DNA of 44,470 nt from contig JAZBOO010000211.1 of assembly GCA_036351155.1 (NCBI GenBank), forward strand, positions 1-44,470. Direction: 5' to 3'. Each line of letters begins with the position of its first letter. The stretch's first letter is position 1. A program made the translations under genes and the position numbers. Shown piece by piece: positions 17,091-26,209 of the stretch. Below the pieces are notes generated by a model. It was not told where the DNA came from. It saw only the letters and a program-made list of their open reading frames with translations, and searched no databases. The DNA is from Candidatus Krumholzibacteriia bacterium (GTDB lineage: Bacteria; Krumholzibacteriota; Krumholzibacteriia; LZORAL124-64-63).

Positions 17091-18365
17091 TCACTTGGTT
17101 CCGCTGACCTGGACGGGGACCTGGATGTCCCGGCTCCGGGTGTCGATGCCGATGGTCTGGCTACGCCCCACGATTTCCAGGCCGCCCAGATCCTGCACCA
17201 CCAGGCGGTACCGGTAGGAGCCGTCGGGCAGGGGCATACCGGCCGCCGTCTTGCCGTCCCACATGAGATGGGCCGGAGGCGCGCCGCGGCCGCCGAACTG
17301 CCGCACCAGGTTTTCGCCCTGGTCGTGAATTTCAAGACGCCACGAGTCCACCGCATCGCGGGTGCGGGCATCCAGCGAGAACTGCGTGGCCGGACGGGTG
17401 CCCAGCGGAGAAATGACCTGCTGGCTGGACGAGCTGTTGGCGTAGAATCCGCCGAAGCGCCACGACAGGCTGAAGCGATGGATCATGCCCAGGTCGTGAT
17501 CGCCGGTGCCGTAATCCAGTCGCAGATCCTGAGGCAGGTTCACGGTGAAGCCGCCCGCCGGACTGGAGCCGTCAAATCCGGCCCGCAGTGTGATGGCATC
17601 GGTCAGCTGAAATTCGCCGCCCCCGCGCACGTTGGTGCGCAGATCGCCGATCTTTTCCACCTCCGCGGTGACCATGGCCCGACCCTGCATCAGGTCCACA
17701 GCCACGCCGCCGCGCAGCTGGTTGGGATAGCTTTCCCTGGTCTCGCGCAGCTCCAGGTTGGGGCCGCCCAGATTGGCCGCCGAAAGGCCCACCCGCACGT
17801 TGTCCGCCGCGCTGGCCATCAGGCCCAGATCCAGGCCCATGCCGGTGGCGCTGAACTCGTCGATGGACTGATGCACCACCCGCAGGTTGCCGCCGATGGC
17901 CACCCGGGGATGCACGTGATGCGAGGCCGAAAGCACGTAGGCCGTCTCCCCCTCGCGGAAGGTGCCCATGTCGTGGTTCACCTCGTTCGTGCGCTGGAAC
18001 TCGTCCGAACGCAGGTTCAGAATGGACAGACCCAGCGTGGGATACTTGCTGCCCGGCACCGCAAAACTGATGGTGTTGATGGAGGTGCCCTCGAAGTAGC
18101 GGCTGGTCTCCAGGAACACCTCGTTGCGACTCAGCTGAGTCATGCCCGCCGGGTTCCAGACCATGCCCAGGGGCTCATCGGCCAGGCCGGTGAAGCTGCC
18201 CCCCAGGCCCATGGCGCGCGCGCTCTGGTAGTTGGTCAGCCAGTCGCCGGCCCACCCGCCGTTCTGGTCCTCGGCACGGGCCGTGGCCGAGAACATGAGA
18301 GTCAGCAACAGCAGCAGGGCAGCCCCGGTGTGCAGACAGAAAGTTTGGGAATACTTGCGGTTCAT
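17091..18365 (-). CDS. PorV/PorQ-like outer-membrane beta-barrel fused to a C-terminal FlgD-Ig-like domain
   Basis: Signal peptide and the PorV-type N-motif SARAMGLGGSFTGLAD...WNPAG. Also DLGL...NLG, LRAG and a last strand HRFSLSWRF, followed by about 120 aa containing PPAHLMWDG...LPDGSY. Confidence 0.82.
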   Translation of the reverse strand: MNRKYSQTFCLHTGAALLLLLTLMFSATARAEDQNGGWAGDWLTNYQSARAMGLGGSFTGLADEPLGMVWNPAGMTQLSRNEVFLETSRYFEGTSINTISFAVPGSKYPTLGLSILNLRSDEFQRTNEVNHDMGTFREGETAYVLSASHHVHPRVAIGGNLRVVHQSIDEFSATGMGLDLGLMASAADNVRVGLSAANLGGPNLELRETRESYPNQLRGGVAVDLMQGRAMVTAEVEKIGDLRTNVRGGGEFQLTDAITLRAGFDGSSPAGGFTVNLPQDLRLDYGTGDHDLGMIHRFSLSWRFGGFYANSSSSQQVISPLGTRPATQFSLDARTRDAVDSWRLEIHDQGENLVRQFGGRGAPPAHLMWDGKTAAGMPLPDGSYRYRLVVQDLGGLEIVGRSQTIGIDTRSRDIQVPVQVSGTK

Positions 18366-18383
18366 CGCGTCTTCCTCCGGAAG

Positions 18384-21300
18384 CTATCGCACCACGCCGA
18401 TTCGACGGCGCATCTTGTGAATCGTTTCGCCTTGGCGCTCGGCCTCGACGTACAGGATGTATCCTCCGCTGGCCACATAGGACCCGTCGCCGTTGCGTCC
18501 GTCCCACGGCACCTCGTTGATGCCCTGGCTTCCGCCGATATCTCCCGCCGGATAGTTCCGTTCGAACACCAGGGTGCCCGTCAGGGTGAACAGGCGCATG
18601 GTCACGGCGGCATCGCGCGACAGCACGTAGGTCAGAACCGTGCCCGCGTCACCGGGATGGAAGGGATTGGGATAATTGCTGATGGTGCCCCCGCTGGATC
18701 CGGGATCCAGCAGACTGGTCACGATTTCCATGCTGGCCAGGAAGTTGGCCGCCGCCACCTGCACGAAACCCGCGCCGGGGGTGCTCGCACCGGTGAACCG
18801 GGCCTTGGCCAGACCTTCCTGATCGGTCACCGGCTGCAGGACTTCCAGGAAGCCCAGGCCGCCGGTCAGGGCAAACTCCACGTTCACCCCGGGCACTCCG
18901 TTGCCCAGCTCGTCGGCCACCTTGGCGTTGATATCGGTGGTGTTCAGGCCGGCCACCCAGTTGCTGGTTTCATGGAAATCCAGACTGGCCGGCGGGCCGG
19001 GCACCACGTTCAGGGCGCCGGTCATGCCCGGGCCCTCGCCCAGGGGGCTGGTCAGGACCAGCAGGATGGGCTCACTGCGCGTGTACGTCTGGTTGATGCT
19101 GCGCACACCCTGGTGAAACTGGAAGCTCGTGGTGGACAGCTCGCCGCTTCCCGGTTCCCCCGAGATGGCGTGGATCACCGCCACATCCACGAATCCGTTC
19201 ATGTCCTGCATGACGGCGCCCGCGTCATTGACCACGCGCACCGACAGGGTGAACGGCTGGCCCGCGATCACCTCGGCCGGGTGAATTTCGGCCTCGATGT
19301 GGAAGCCGCTCTCGATGGCCCGCATCTGTGTGTGAGCCGCGGGAATGGCGGGATTGGTCAGGTTGTTGAGGGTCATCAGCTGGTAGCCGGCCGTGGCCAG
19401 GCGCACCTCGATCTGGGCAGATCCGTGGGCCAGGCTGAAAGTCTCGGGCACCTCGGCCATGGTGTCGGTACACACCAGCTCGATCAAATCTTGAGGCTCG
19501 GTCACCGGGTTCCACCAGTTGTCGGTGGCCTGGACCTGCAGGGGGAACGAGTAGGAGATGCTCTGGTCCACCGCCAGCCCCACCTTGCCCAGCTCCGACC
19601 CGGCCAGCGGCTCTTCGCCGGGCGCCAGGGCCAGAATGCGGGCGTAGGGTCCCGGCTGAACCATGAACTCCACACTGGTGTGACTATCAACCTCGGCACC
19701 GTCGCAGTACGCGGTCACCGTATGATGACCGGCCCGCAGGAAGGTGGACTCCAGGGTGACCAGACCGTCGGTCAGGTGATTGTTTTCGGGTACGAGAGCA
19801 AAGGCGTCGGTGAGGGTCAGGTCGATCCCCACAGCAACATCCGGCACCGGATTCCACCAGGAATCCACGGCCCGCACCACCAGAGGGAAAGGCTGGCCGG
19901 CCTCTTGCGGCAAGGGAAAGCCCGAGAACCCGGGGTTCCGGCCGCCCACGTTTTCCTGGCCGGGCAGCAAAACCTGCAGGCCGGCAAAGGCGCCGGGTTG
20001 GACTTCAAAAACGTCACTGGCACCGATGTTCGGCGGCGAGGCAAAATCGATACAGCTGAAAGCCATTTCCGGACTGGCTCCGTAGAAGGTCACCAGGCCG
20101 CTCCACACGCCGCCCGTGAACTGGATGGAGCTGGGGACAATGGTCTGGGGCCCGGACTCGGCCGCCAGCATGGCGTAGCCGTTGTAGGCATCCATCAGCT
20201 CTTCTTCAGGCGTGTAGGTCCGGATGGTCACCATGACCGGCTCCCCGGCGGTCACCGGACCTTCCACAGGGTCGATCACGAACTCGGGCGTGCTGCTCAG
20301 GACGCTGATGGGCGTGGTGGTCATGGGCAGGACCCAGTCCTGCGTCAGATCACTCGCCGTCAGAGTCCAGTTGCCCACCGAGCCGAAGGTCACCGGCACC
20401 GTGGCGTAGCCCGCCTGCAGCAGGGCCTGGACGGGGGTCGAAGCATGGGGATCCTCGCTGGTGATTTCCACCGTGTGGGTGACGGCCACCCGGTTCCAGT
20501 AGGCATCGACGGCAAAGATCTCGGCCTGGAAGGCCAGGCCCGCCGCCTGGGTGGCCGGTCCTCCCACCAGACCCTGGGCCATGGCGGGATTCCGGGTCTG
20601 CCCCGGCAGCAAGACCAGCAGCTTGTTCAGGTTGCCCGGAGCCACCTGGAAGAAGTTGCTGGCTCCGAACACCGCTGGATCTGTCTGGCTGTAGGCCGTC
20701 AGACGCACGTTGCCCGGCTGCCCATCGGGCGCCGTCTGGTCGGCCCGATGAAAAGTCACCACACCGGTCCACTGGCCCTGGTTCAGGGTGATTTCCCCCG
20801 GCTCCAGGGTGCCCACCTCGTTGCCCAGCCATTGCTCCAGGTTCACCACGCCGTTGAAGGTGTGCACCTGGTCGCCGGCGGCATCACGCGCACGGATGGT
20901 GGTGATCACCGGCTGACCGGCGGTCTGATAGGTGTCGATGGTTTCGATTTCCAGTTCCGTGACATACCCCGTGCTACCGGAAACCGGCACCGCCGCGGTG
21001 GTCACCGAGTAGTATTCAGGGCCGCTGATATCTTCGGCCGTCAGGGTGAACGTGCCCGAGGAGTTGAAGATCACCTCGACCACCCGCTCACCGTTCTGCA
21101 TGGGCTCGGGCACCGGCAGGGTGGCCGTGTGGTCGGTGCTGGTCAAGCGGGCCACCACCCGGTCGCTGGGAACCGTTTCAAAATTGGCGTTGCAGGCACG
21201 AATGCGGACCGGGAAAGGGATACCCGCCACCTGAGGCAGCGGCTGGCCCGTGCGTCCGGTGGCGCTGCCCGGAGCCGGATTCTCCCCGGGCAACAGAACC

Positions 21301-22430
21301 TGGAGGTGACTGTAATAAACCGGAACATCGGCGGTGACCATGCTCCCGATTTCGGGCTGGTCCGCATCGCTGGCCGCCAGGAACCACTCTCCCGGAGTGC
21401 GCAGGTTCACATAGAAACGATGATGCCCGCCCACCAGGGCACCGTACTGCGGGGTGTCGGCTTCGGAGTCGCCGCTTTCCAGCTTCACCTGATCGGTCAC
21501 GTCCACCCGGTTCCAGTACATGTCGGTGGCATAAACATCGACCGGGAAGGGACCGTCGGCCCACTGGCGTTCGGGTGTGCCGTTCAGGCCCTCGACGATC
21601 CACGGGGTCCAGTTCTGCCCCGGGGTGATGGCCACCAGGCGATCATAGGGACCCGGCGCCACGTTGAAGAAGTTGCTCCAGCCCTGAAGGCCGCCGTCGG
21701 CAAAGGACACATTCAGCCGGGCGGCGCCATCCGGGGTGGACTGCGGGTCCGCCAGCAGGAAGGTGACGGCGCCTTCCCAGACACCGGCGGTCAGATCCAC
21801 GGTGTCGGGCGTCATCACACCCTGGCCCAGGCTGGTCACCTGGTGCAGGGCCACCGTGCCGTGGCTTCCGGTGTCCAGCGACCCGTCGGCGCGACGTGCT
21901 TCAATGCGCAGCACCATGGCCTGCCCGGCCACCTGATTCACGGGGATCTGCGAAACCATCAGCCGGTCACTGTAGGTGGCGGCCGCCTCGACCGGGATGG
22001 CCAGAGAGGTGGCCGAGATCTGTTGCGTTCCCGTGATGTCCCGCACCGTCAGCGTGTAGTTCCCCAGGCTGTTCAACGTCACCCAGGTGGTCACTTCACC
22101 TGTGGTCAAGGGCGTGTTGGGCGGAAGATTGGCCGTGCCGTCGCTGCTGCTGAAGTTGAGGGGGTTGTGCACCCCGGTCACCAGATCCCAGTCCTGGTCA
22201 CAGGCCCGGATCCGGACCTGGAAAGGCACGCCGGCAGCCTGCGCTTCAGGCGCACCGATCACTCCGGAAGTGGTGCCCGGAGCGGCTTCCTGGCCAGGCA
22301 ACAGAACCTGGAGCTGGGTATAGCGGCCGTCATCGGCGGCCTGCACGGCCGTGGTCGACCACAGCAGCAAAGCGAGGACCACGAGGGTCCCGGTAAATGC
22401 GGATTTCCGCAGGGTCTGACTTGAGTCCAC
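18384..22430 (-). CDS. Large repetitive Ig-like surface protein with a T9SS-like/FlgD C-terminal domain
   Basis: GTG 22430 with AAGGT SD and a signal peptide. About 10 repeats (LQVLLPG...Q.AG.PF...A.D..WN.V and AGQ/EP types), a Big-1-like domain, and a C-terminal NYPNPF...WDGRNGDGSYVASGGY...IGVVR. Confidence 0.88.
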   Translation of the reverse strand: MDSSQTLRKSAFTGTLVVLALLLWSTTAVQAADDGRYTQLQVLLPGQEAAPGTTSGVIGAPEAQAAGVPFQVRIRACDQDWDLVTGVHNPLNFSSSDGTANLPPNTPLTTGEVTTWVTLNSLGNYTLTVRDITGTQQISATSLAIPVEAAATYSDRLMVSQIPVNQVAGQAMVLRIEARRADGSLDTGSHGTVALHQVTSLGQGVMTPDTVDLTAGVWEGAVTFLLADPQSTPDGAARLNVSFADGGLQGWSNFFNVAPGPYDRLVAITPGQNWTPWIVEGLNGTPERQWADGPFPVDVYATDMYWNRVDVTDQVKLESGDSEADTPQYGALVGGHHRFYVNLRTPGEWFLAASDADQPEIGSMVTADVPVYYSHLQVLLPGENPAPGSATGRTGQPLPQVAGIPFPVRIRACNANFETVPSDRVVARLTSTDHTATLPVPEPMQNGERVVEVIFNSSGTFTLTAEDISGPEYYSVTTAAVPVSGSTGYVTELEIETIDTYQTAGQPVITTIRARDAAGDQVHTFNGVVNLEQWLGNEVGTLEPGEITLNQGQWTGVVTFHRADQTAPDGQPGNVRLTAYSQTDPAVFGASNFFQVAPGNLNKLLVLLPGQTRNPAMAQGLVGGPATQAAGLAFQAEIFAVDAYWNRVAVTHTVEITSEDPHASTPVQALLQAGYATVPVTFGSVGNWTLTASDLTQDWVLPMTTTPISVLSSTPEFVIDPVEGPVTAGEPVMVTIRTYTPEEELMDAYNGYAMLAAESGPQTIVPSSIQFTGGVWSGLVTFYGASPEMAFSCIDFASPPNIGASDVFEVQPGAFAGLQVLLPGQENVGGRNPGFSGFPLPQEAGQPFPLVVRAVDSWWNPVPDVAVGIDLTLTDAFALVPENNHLTDGLVTLESTFLRAGHHTVTAYCDGAEVDSHTSVEFMVQPGPYARILALAPGEEPLAGSELGKVGLAVDQSISYSFPLQVQATDNWWNPVTEPQDLIELVCTDTMAEVPETFSLAHGSAQIEVRLATAGYQLMTLNNLTNPAIPAAHTQMRAIESGFHIEAEIHPAEVIAGQPFTLSVRVVNDAGAVMQDMNGFVDVAVIHAISGEPGSGELSTTSFQFHQGVRSINQTYTRSEPILLVLTSPLGEGPGMTGALNVVPGPPASLDFHETSNWVAGLNTTDINAKVADELGNGVPGVNVEFALTGGLGFLEVLQPVTDQEGLAKARFTGASTPGAGFVQVAAANFLASMEIVTSLLDPGSSGGTISNYPNPFHPGDAGTVLTYVLSRDAAVTMRLFTLTGTLVFERNYPAGDIGGSQGINEVPWDGRNGDGSYVASGGYILYVEAERQGETIHKMRRRIGVVR

Positions 22431-22496
22431 GATTTCCACCTTTTGAGATATGGAATCATCGGAGCGAAATGCGCCCCTTTGCTCTCGCCAGGAAAG

Positions 22497-22512
22497 TGCA
22501 AACCATGTTCCC
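22497..22512 (-). promoter_or_regulatory. Candidate sigma54 (-24/-12) promoter of the large operon
   Basis: Minus strand reads GGGAAC-ATGGT-TTGCA (GG-N10-GC spacing), about 66 bp upstream of GTG 22430. Confidence 0.5.
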
Positions 22513-22775
22513 TTTGCAGAATGGTTCGATTTGATACCTCGTGATTTTCTTAACGCTTGAAAGACAAGGTGATGTGGGGACCCGGGACGCGATTGAAGGC
22601 GTATTGCGAGGGCTGTTTCAGGAGCGGGGGGGCCAAGCTTCGGCCTCAGGTGGCACCTTTTCACCCACCCTGAGGTCGGAACAATATTGATGTTTTGTAA
22701 CGAGTTTTCTACCCCCCGGAGAAGCCGAATTATGGTATGGTATTCTCAATTAACTTTTCCCGGAAGGATATGAAC

Positions 22776-24125
22776 ATGCGCACGAAACTTCGCCTTCTGC
22801 TCCTGGTGACGCTGACCTGTAGTGTTTTCCTGGCGCCCGCCCCAGCCTCCGCCCAGTGGGGACTGGTGGCCAGTTCCACCAGCAATTCGGCATCCATTTT
22901 TTCCTACGACTGGCCCAGCAACCAGTTCACCGTGGGCCCCGAGATTGATGTGAGCCCCACCGCCAGCTACCCCTACGATGCGGTGATGCGCCCCCGTTCC
23001 AACGATGAGGTGTGGGTGTGCGGCGCCTCCGGCGACGGCGTGATCGTGGTGGATGCCTCGGGGACCATCATCAAGGAAATCCCCACCGGGGAATACCCTG
23101 TGTCCATCGCGTTCAACCCCGACCAGGGGATCGCCCTGATCAGCTGCCGAGATGGTGACCGGCTGGACATCATCGACATCGACGAGTACGTGGTGATCGG
23201 CAGTCTGCCCATCCCCAGCGGCGATCCCGGCAACATCATCTACGATCCGCGCGGTCATCGGTTTTTCCTCGTGGAGTGGTATGGCGAAAGGGTGTTCACC
23301 ATTGCGCCGGATGGGTCGGCGATCCTGGACCAGGCCGTGGTGGGCGACAGTCTGTGGCAGCTGGTGATCGACCCCAATATTGCCGGCTACCTGTTCGTGA
23401 CCGATCGGGGCACCGACCAGGTGCGGGTCCTGGACCCCGAAACCCTGGGACAGACCAGGGCCATCTCCGTGGGCGACGACCCGTGGGGCATCGATGTGGA
23501 TGATTTCCTGGTCATCGTGAGCTGCGAGGACAGCCACGACGTGTACCGGATCGATATCACCGACTGGTCGGTGGCCCAGATGACCCTGTCGGCCGATGCC
23601 GACCCCCGGGACGTGAACATCGTCACCGGCCTGGCCACCACCGGGCTGCCGGGCAAGTCCCGGACGCTGCTGGGTGGCGCGGCCTACGTGTGTGGCGGGC
23701 GATCCGACGAGGGCAACCTGGTCTACGTCCTGGACATCTACAATTTCACCGTCATCGACACCATCGTGGTCCCCGGGCTCAACACCAACGTGGTGGCGGT
23801 CGAGGCCCAGTGGCCCCTGCCCTCGGCGGTCCAGGACCTTCCCGGCGCGGCACGCCTGCAACTGCAGGCCGCACCCAATCCATTCAATCCCCGCACCACC
23901 TTCTCCTTCGTGCTGGACCAGCCGGCCGAGGTCACACTGGCCGTGTTCGATCTGAGGGGAAATCTGGTCCGCCGCATCGAGGCTGGAACCATGACCGCCG
24001 GGACGCGGCACATCGAGTGGGACGGCACCAACCGCGGCGGACAGCGCGTGGCCAGCGGCAACTACGTGGCGATGGTGCAGGCCGGGGACATGCTGGCGCA
24101 GACCAAGGTGGTGCTGGTCCAGTAG
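22776..24125 (+). CDS. Secreted YVTN/YncE-like beta-propeller protein with a T9SS-like/FlgD C-terminal domain
   Basis: Signal peptide ending APASA-Q. Blades such as IPTGEYPVSIAF and ISVGDDPWGIDV. C-terminal APNPFNPRTTFSF...WDGTNRGGQRVASGNY...TKVVLVQ. Confidence 0.87.
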   Translation: MRTKLRLLLLVTLTCSVFLAPAPASAQWGLVASSTSNSASIFSYDWPSNQFTVGPEIDVSPTASYPYDAVMRPRSNDEVWVCGASGDGVIVVDASGTIIKEIPTGEYPVSIAFNPDQGIALISCRDGDRLDIIDIDEYVVIGSLPIPSGDPGNIIYDPRGHRFFLVEWYGERVFTIAPDGSAILDQAVVGDSLWQLVIDPNIAGYLFVTDRGTDQVRVLDPETLGQTRAISVGDDPWGIDVDDFLVIVSCEDSHDVYRIDITDWSVAQMTLSADADPRDVNIVTGLATTGLPGKSRTLLGGAAYVCGGRSDEGNLVYVLDIYNFTVIDTIVVPGLNTNVVAVEAQWPLPSAVQDLPGAARLQLQAAPNPFNPRTTFSFVLDQPAEVTLAVFDLRGNLVRRIEAGTMTAGTRHIEWDGTNRGGQRVASGNYVAMVQAGDMLAQTKVVLVQ

Positions 24126-24138
24126 CCGTTCCGGTGTT

Positions 24139-25500
24139 TCAACGGGTGAGACGAATACGGACCGCCAGCAGCAGGGCACTGGTCCCGAGCCCGGGAAAAA
24201 TGGGCTCCACCCCCAGCCAGGGAGTCTGACCTGTGAGGTGGCCGGCGGCCAGCCAGCCCAGGGCCACCAGGCCCGAGCCGATCATCGCGATCTGAACCCG
24301 GCGGCCATCGAGCCGCCAGGGGCCGTGGGCCAGCATCAGCGGCAGCAGCAGCACCGGCGTGCCCACGCTGCCCAGCACCTTCCACAGGGTGATCACCGAA
24401 CCGGACAGCAGGGCCATGGTCACCGCCAGAGCGGCGGTGGCCAGCAGGCTCCAGCGGATGGAGGTCAGGCTGGCGTTGTCGTCCAGCTGGCCTTGCCAGC
24501 GGCCGATCACATCGCGTCCCAGGGTGACCGCGCACACGAAGGCATAGCTGTCGATGGTGGACATGATGGTGGCCAGCAAGCCCACCGTGAACACCCCCTG
24601 CCAGAAGCCCGGCAGAACTTGGGCAGCCAGGGCGGGAAAGGCCTGCACGGGGTTCTCCAGTCCGGGCAAGGCAGCCCGGGCGTACAGACCGGCGGTGGTG
24701 GTCAGAAAATCGAACCCGATCCACAGGACGATGGCCGCCGCAATGCCCCACCGGGCCGTGGCCTCGGTGCGCGCGGCGTAGCAGCGCTGATAGAAGGCGG
24801 GCTCCACCAGGGTGGCCATGGCAATGAAGTACCACACGGCCACGGCCTGGAAGCCCAGGCCGCCATCCCACTTCAGGTGGCTGGTCGGCAGATTCGCCTG
24901 CAGGTAGGACCAGCCCCCGAAAGTCTTCACGCACATGGGGACCAGCACCAGAAAAGCCAGGAACATCAGGAAGAACTGAACAACATCGGTGGCCACCACC
25001 GCGCGCAATCCCCCCCGAAATACGTAGCCCACCGACAGAAAAGTGCCACCCACCACGCCCACCCACAGGGGCCAGCCGGTGGCGAAGTTCACCAGGACAC
25101 CCAGCATCAGCACGTAAGCGGCGGGGGCGGTCATCACGAACAGGGTCACGGCCCCGGTCAGGGCCACGGGGCGTCCATAGCGGCGTTCCAGAAGGTCGGG
25201 AATGGTCAAGGCCTCGCTGCGGCGGGCGCGCCCGGCCAGAAACAGCGCGAAAACTCCGGCGTACAGGTAGTAAGGCACCCCGAACACCAGCCAGTTGCTC
25301 ACCCCGTACTGCCAGGTGTACTCGCCCACCCCCAGGATGCCGCCGTACCAGGTGGTCACCAGGCTGGCGGTGAAGGCGGGCAGCGTCAGCTGACGCCCGG
25401 CCACGATGTAGTCCATCGCCCCGCGCGCGCCCCCACGAAAAAGGCGCAGAATCATGAACAGGAGAAAGGCCGCGTAAACGATTTGCGCCAGACTGCTCAA
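24139..25500 (-). CDS. Sodium:solute symporter family protein, putative thiamine (or precursor) transporter
   Basis: Motifs DYIVAGRQL, TIPDLLERRYG, GGLRAVVATDVVQF, FYQRCYAA and ATIMSTIDS. TTG start overlaps the thiN stop. Confidence 0.87.
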   Translation of the reverse strand: MSSLAQIVYAAFLLFMILRLFRGGARGAMDYIVAGRQLTLPAFTASLVTTWYGGILGVGEYTWQYGVSNWLVFGVPYYLYAGVFALFLAGRARRSEALTIPDLLERRYGRPVALTGAVTLFVMTAPAAYVLMLGVLVNFATGWPLWVGVVGGTFLSVGYVFRGGLRAVVATDVVQFFLMFLAFLVLVPMCVKTFGGWSYLQANLPTSHLKWDGGLGFQAVAVWYFIAMATLVEPAFYQRCYAARTEATARWGIAAAIVLWIGFDFLTTTAGLYARAALPGLENPVQAFPALAAQVLPGFWQGVFTVGLLATIMSTIDSYAFVCAVTLGRDVIGRWQGQLDDNASLTSIRWSLLATAALAVTMALLSGSVITLWKVLGSVGTPVLLLPLMLAHGPWRLDGRRVQIAMIGSGLVALGWLAAGHLTGQTPWLGVEPIFPGLGTSALLLAVRIRLTR

Positions 25501-26192
25501 TCGTTCAGTTCCCGGTCCACACACACCAGCAGGGAGCCCGTCCCCACCGAGATCAGCAAGGGGGAAACCCCCACGCGATTGCTGATGGCCGCCTGGCCTC
25601 CCGGGATGAGATCCTCACCCAGCAAGGGGAAGTCGGCGCCCTCGAGCGTCACCTTGTTCACCGGTCCCAGGGCCGCCAGCAACGAGAACCGGGTGCCCAG
25701 GGGCAGCTGCCAGGACACCCTTGCTCCCTTGCCCAGGCGCACCATGTCGGCAAAAGGGCCGGCCAGACAGATCCGCAGTTCCTTGGCATATTTTTCCAGG
25801 AGCTGGCAGTTGTAGATGGTGTGATCCAGACGCCAGCCGGCCGCCCCCAGCATGACCACCTCGGAAACGCCCTGCTCGGCCGCGAAGATCAGGGCCTTCT
25901 CGCTGTCGGTGGTGTACTGGTCGTCCACCTGGAGAAAGCGCGTGCCCTGGCGACTGTCCAGGATCCGGCCGGCCAGCGAATCGAAGTCGCCGATCACCAC
26001 ATCGGGGATGCGGGGCAAATGGCTGTAGGGATGCCCCGCGGCATCGGCGCAGATGAACAGATCGCTGCCGGTCAGCCAGTAACGCAGCAGACTTTCCTCG
26101 GGGGGCGGGCCGTCACACAGCACCACCGCCCGAGGGCCTTGCTTGGGAAAGATGGGGCAAGCCGCGCCACCCTTTTCCGGTTCGTATATCAC
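25497..26192 (-). CDS. thiN: Thiamine diphosphokinase
   Basis: Motifs ICADAA, PDVVIGDFDS, DQYTTDSEKAL, GAAGWRLDH...N and ISN. Confidence 0.92.
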   Translation of the reverse strand: MIYEPEKGGAACPIFPKQGPRAVVLCDGPPPEESLLRYWLTGSDLFICADAAGHPYSHLPRIPDVVIGDFDSLAGRILDSRQGTRFLQVDDQYTTDSEKALIFAAEQGVSEVVMLGAAGWRLDHTIYNCQLLEKYAKELRICLAGPFADMVRLGKGARVSWQLPLGTRFSLLAALGPVNKVTLEGADFPLLGEDLIPGGQAAISNRVGVSPLLISVGTGSLLVCVDRELND

Positions 26193-26209
26193 GTTGTCCC
26201 TTCAGATGC

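Noticed and set aside
17058..22424. 1788-aa plus-strand ORF
   Set aside because: Antisense shadow of the PorV-like and repeat-protein genes. High-GC codon bias removes stops, and the translation has no recognisable motifs.
22651..22666. TGGCAC as a plus-strand sigma54 site for the propeller gene
   Set aside because: No TTGC at the -12 position.
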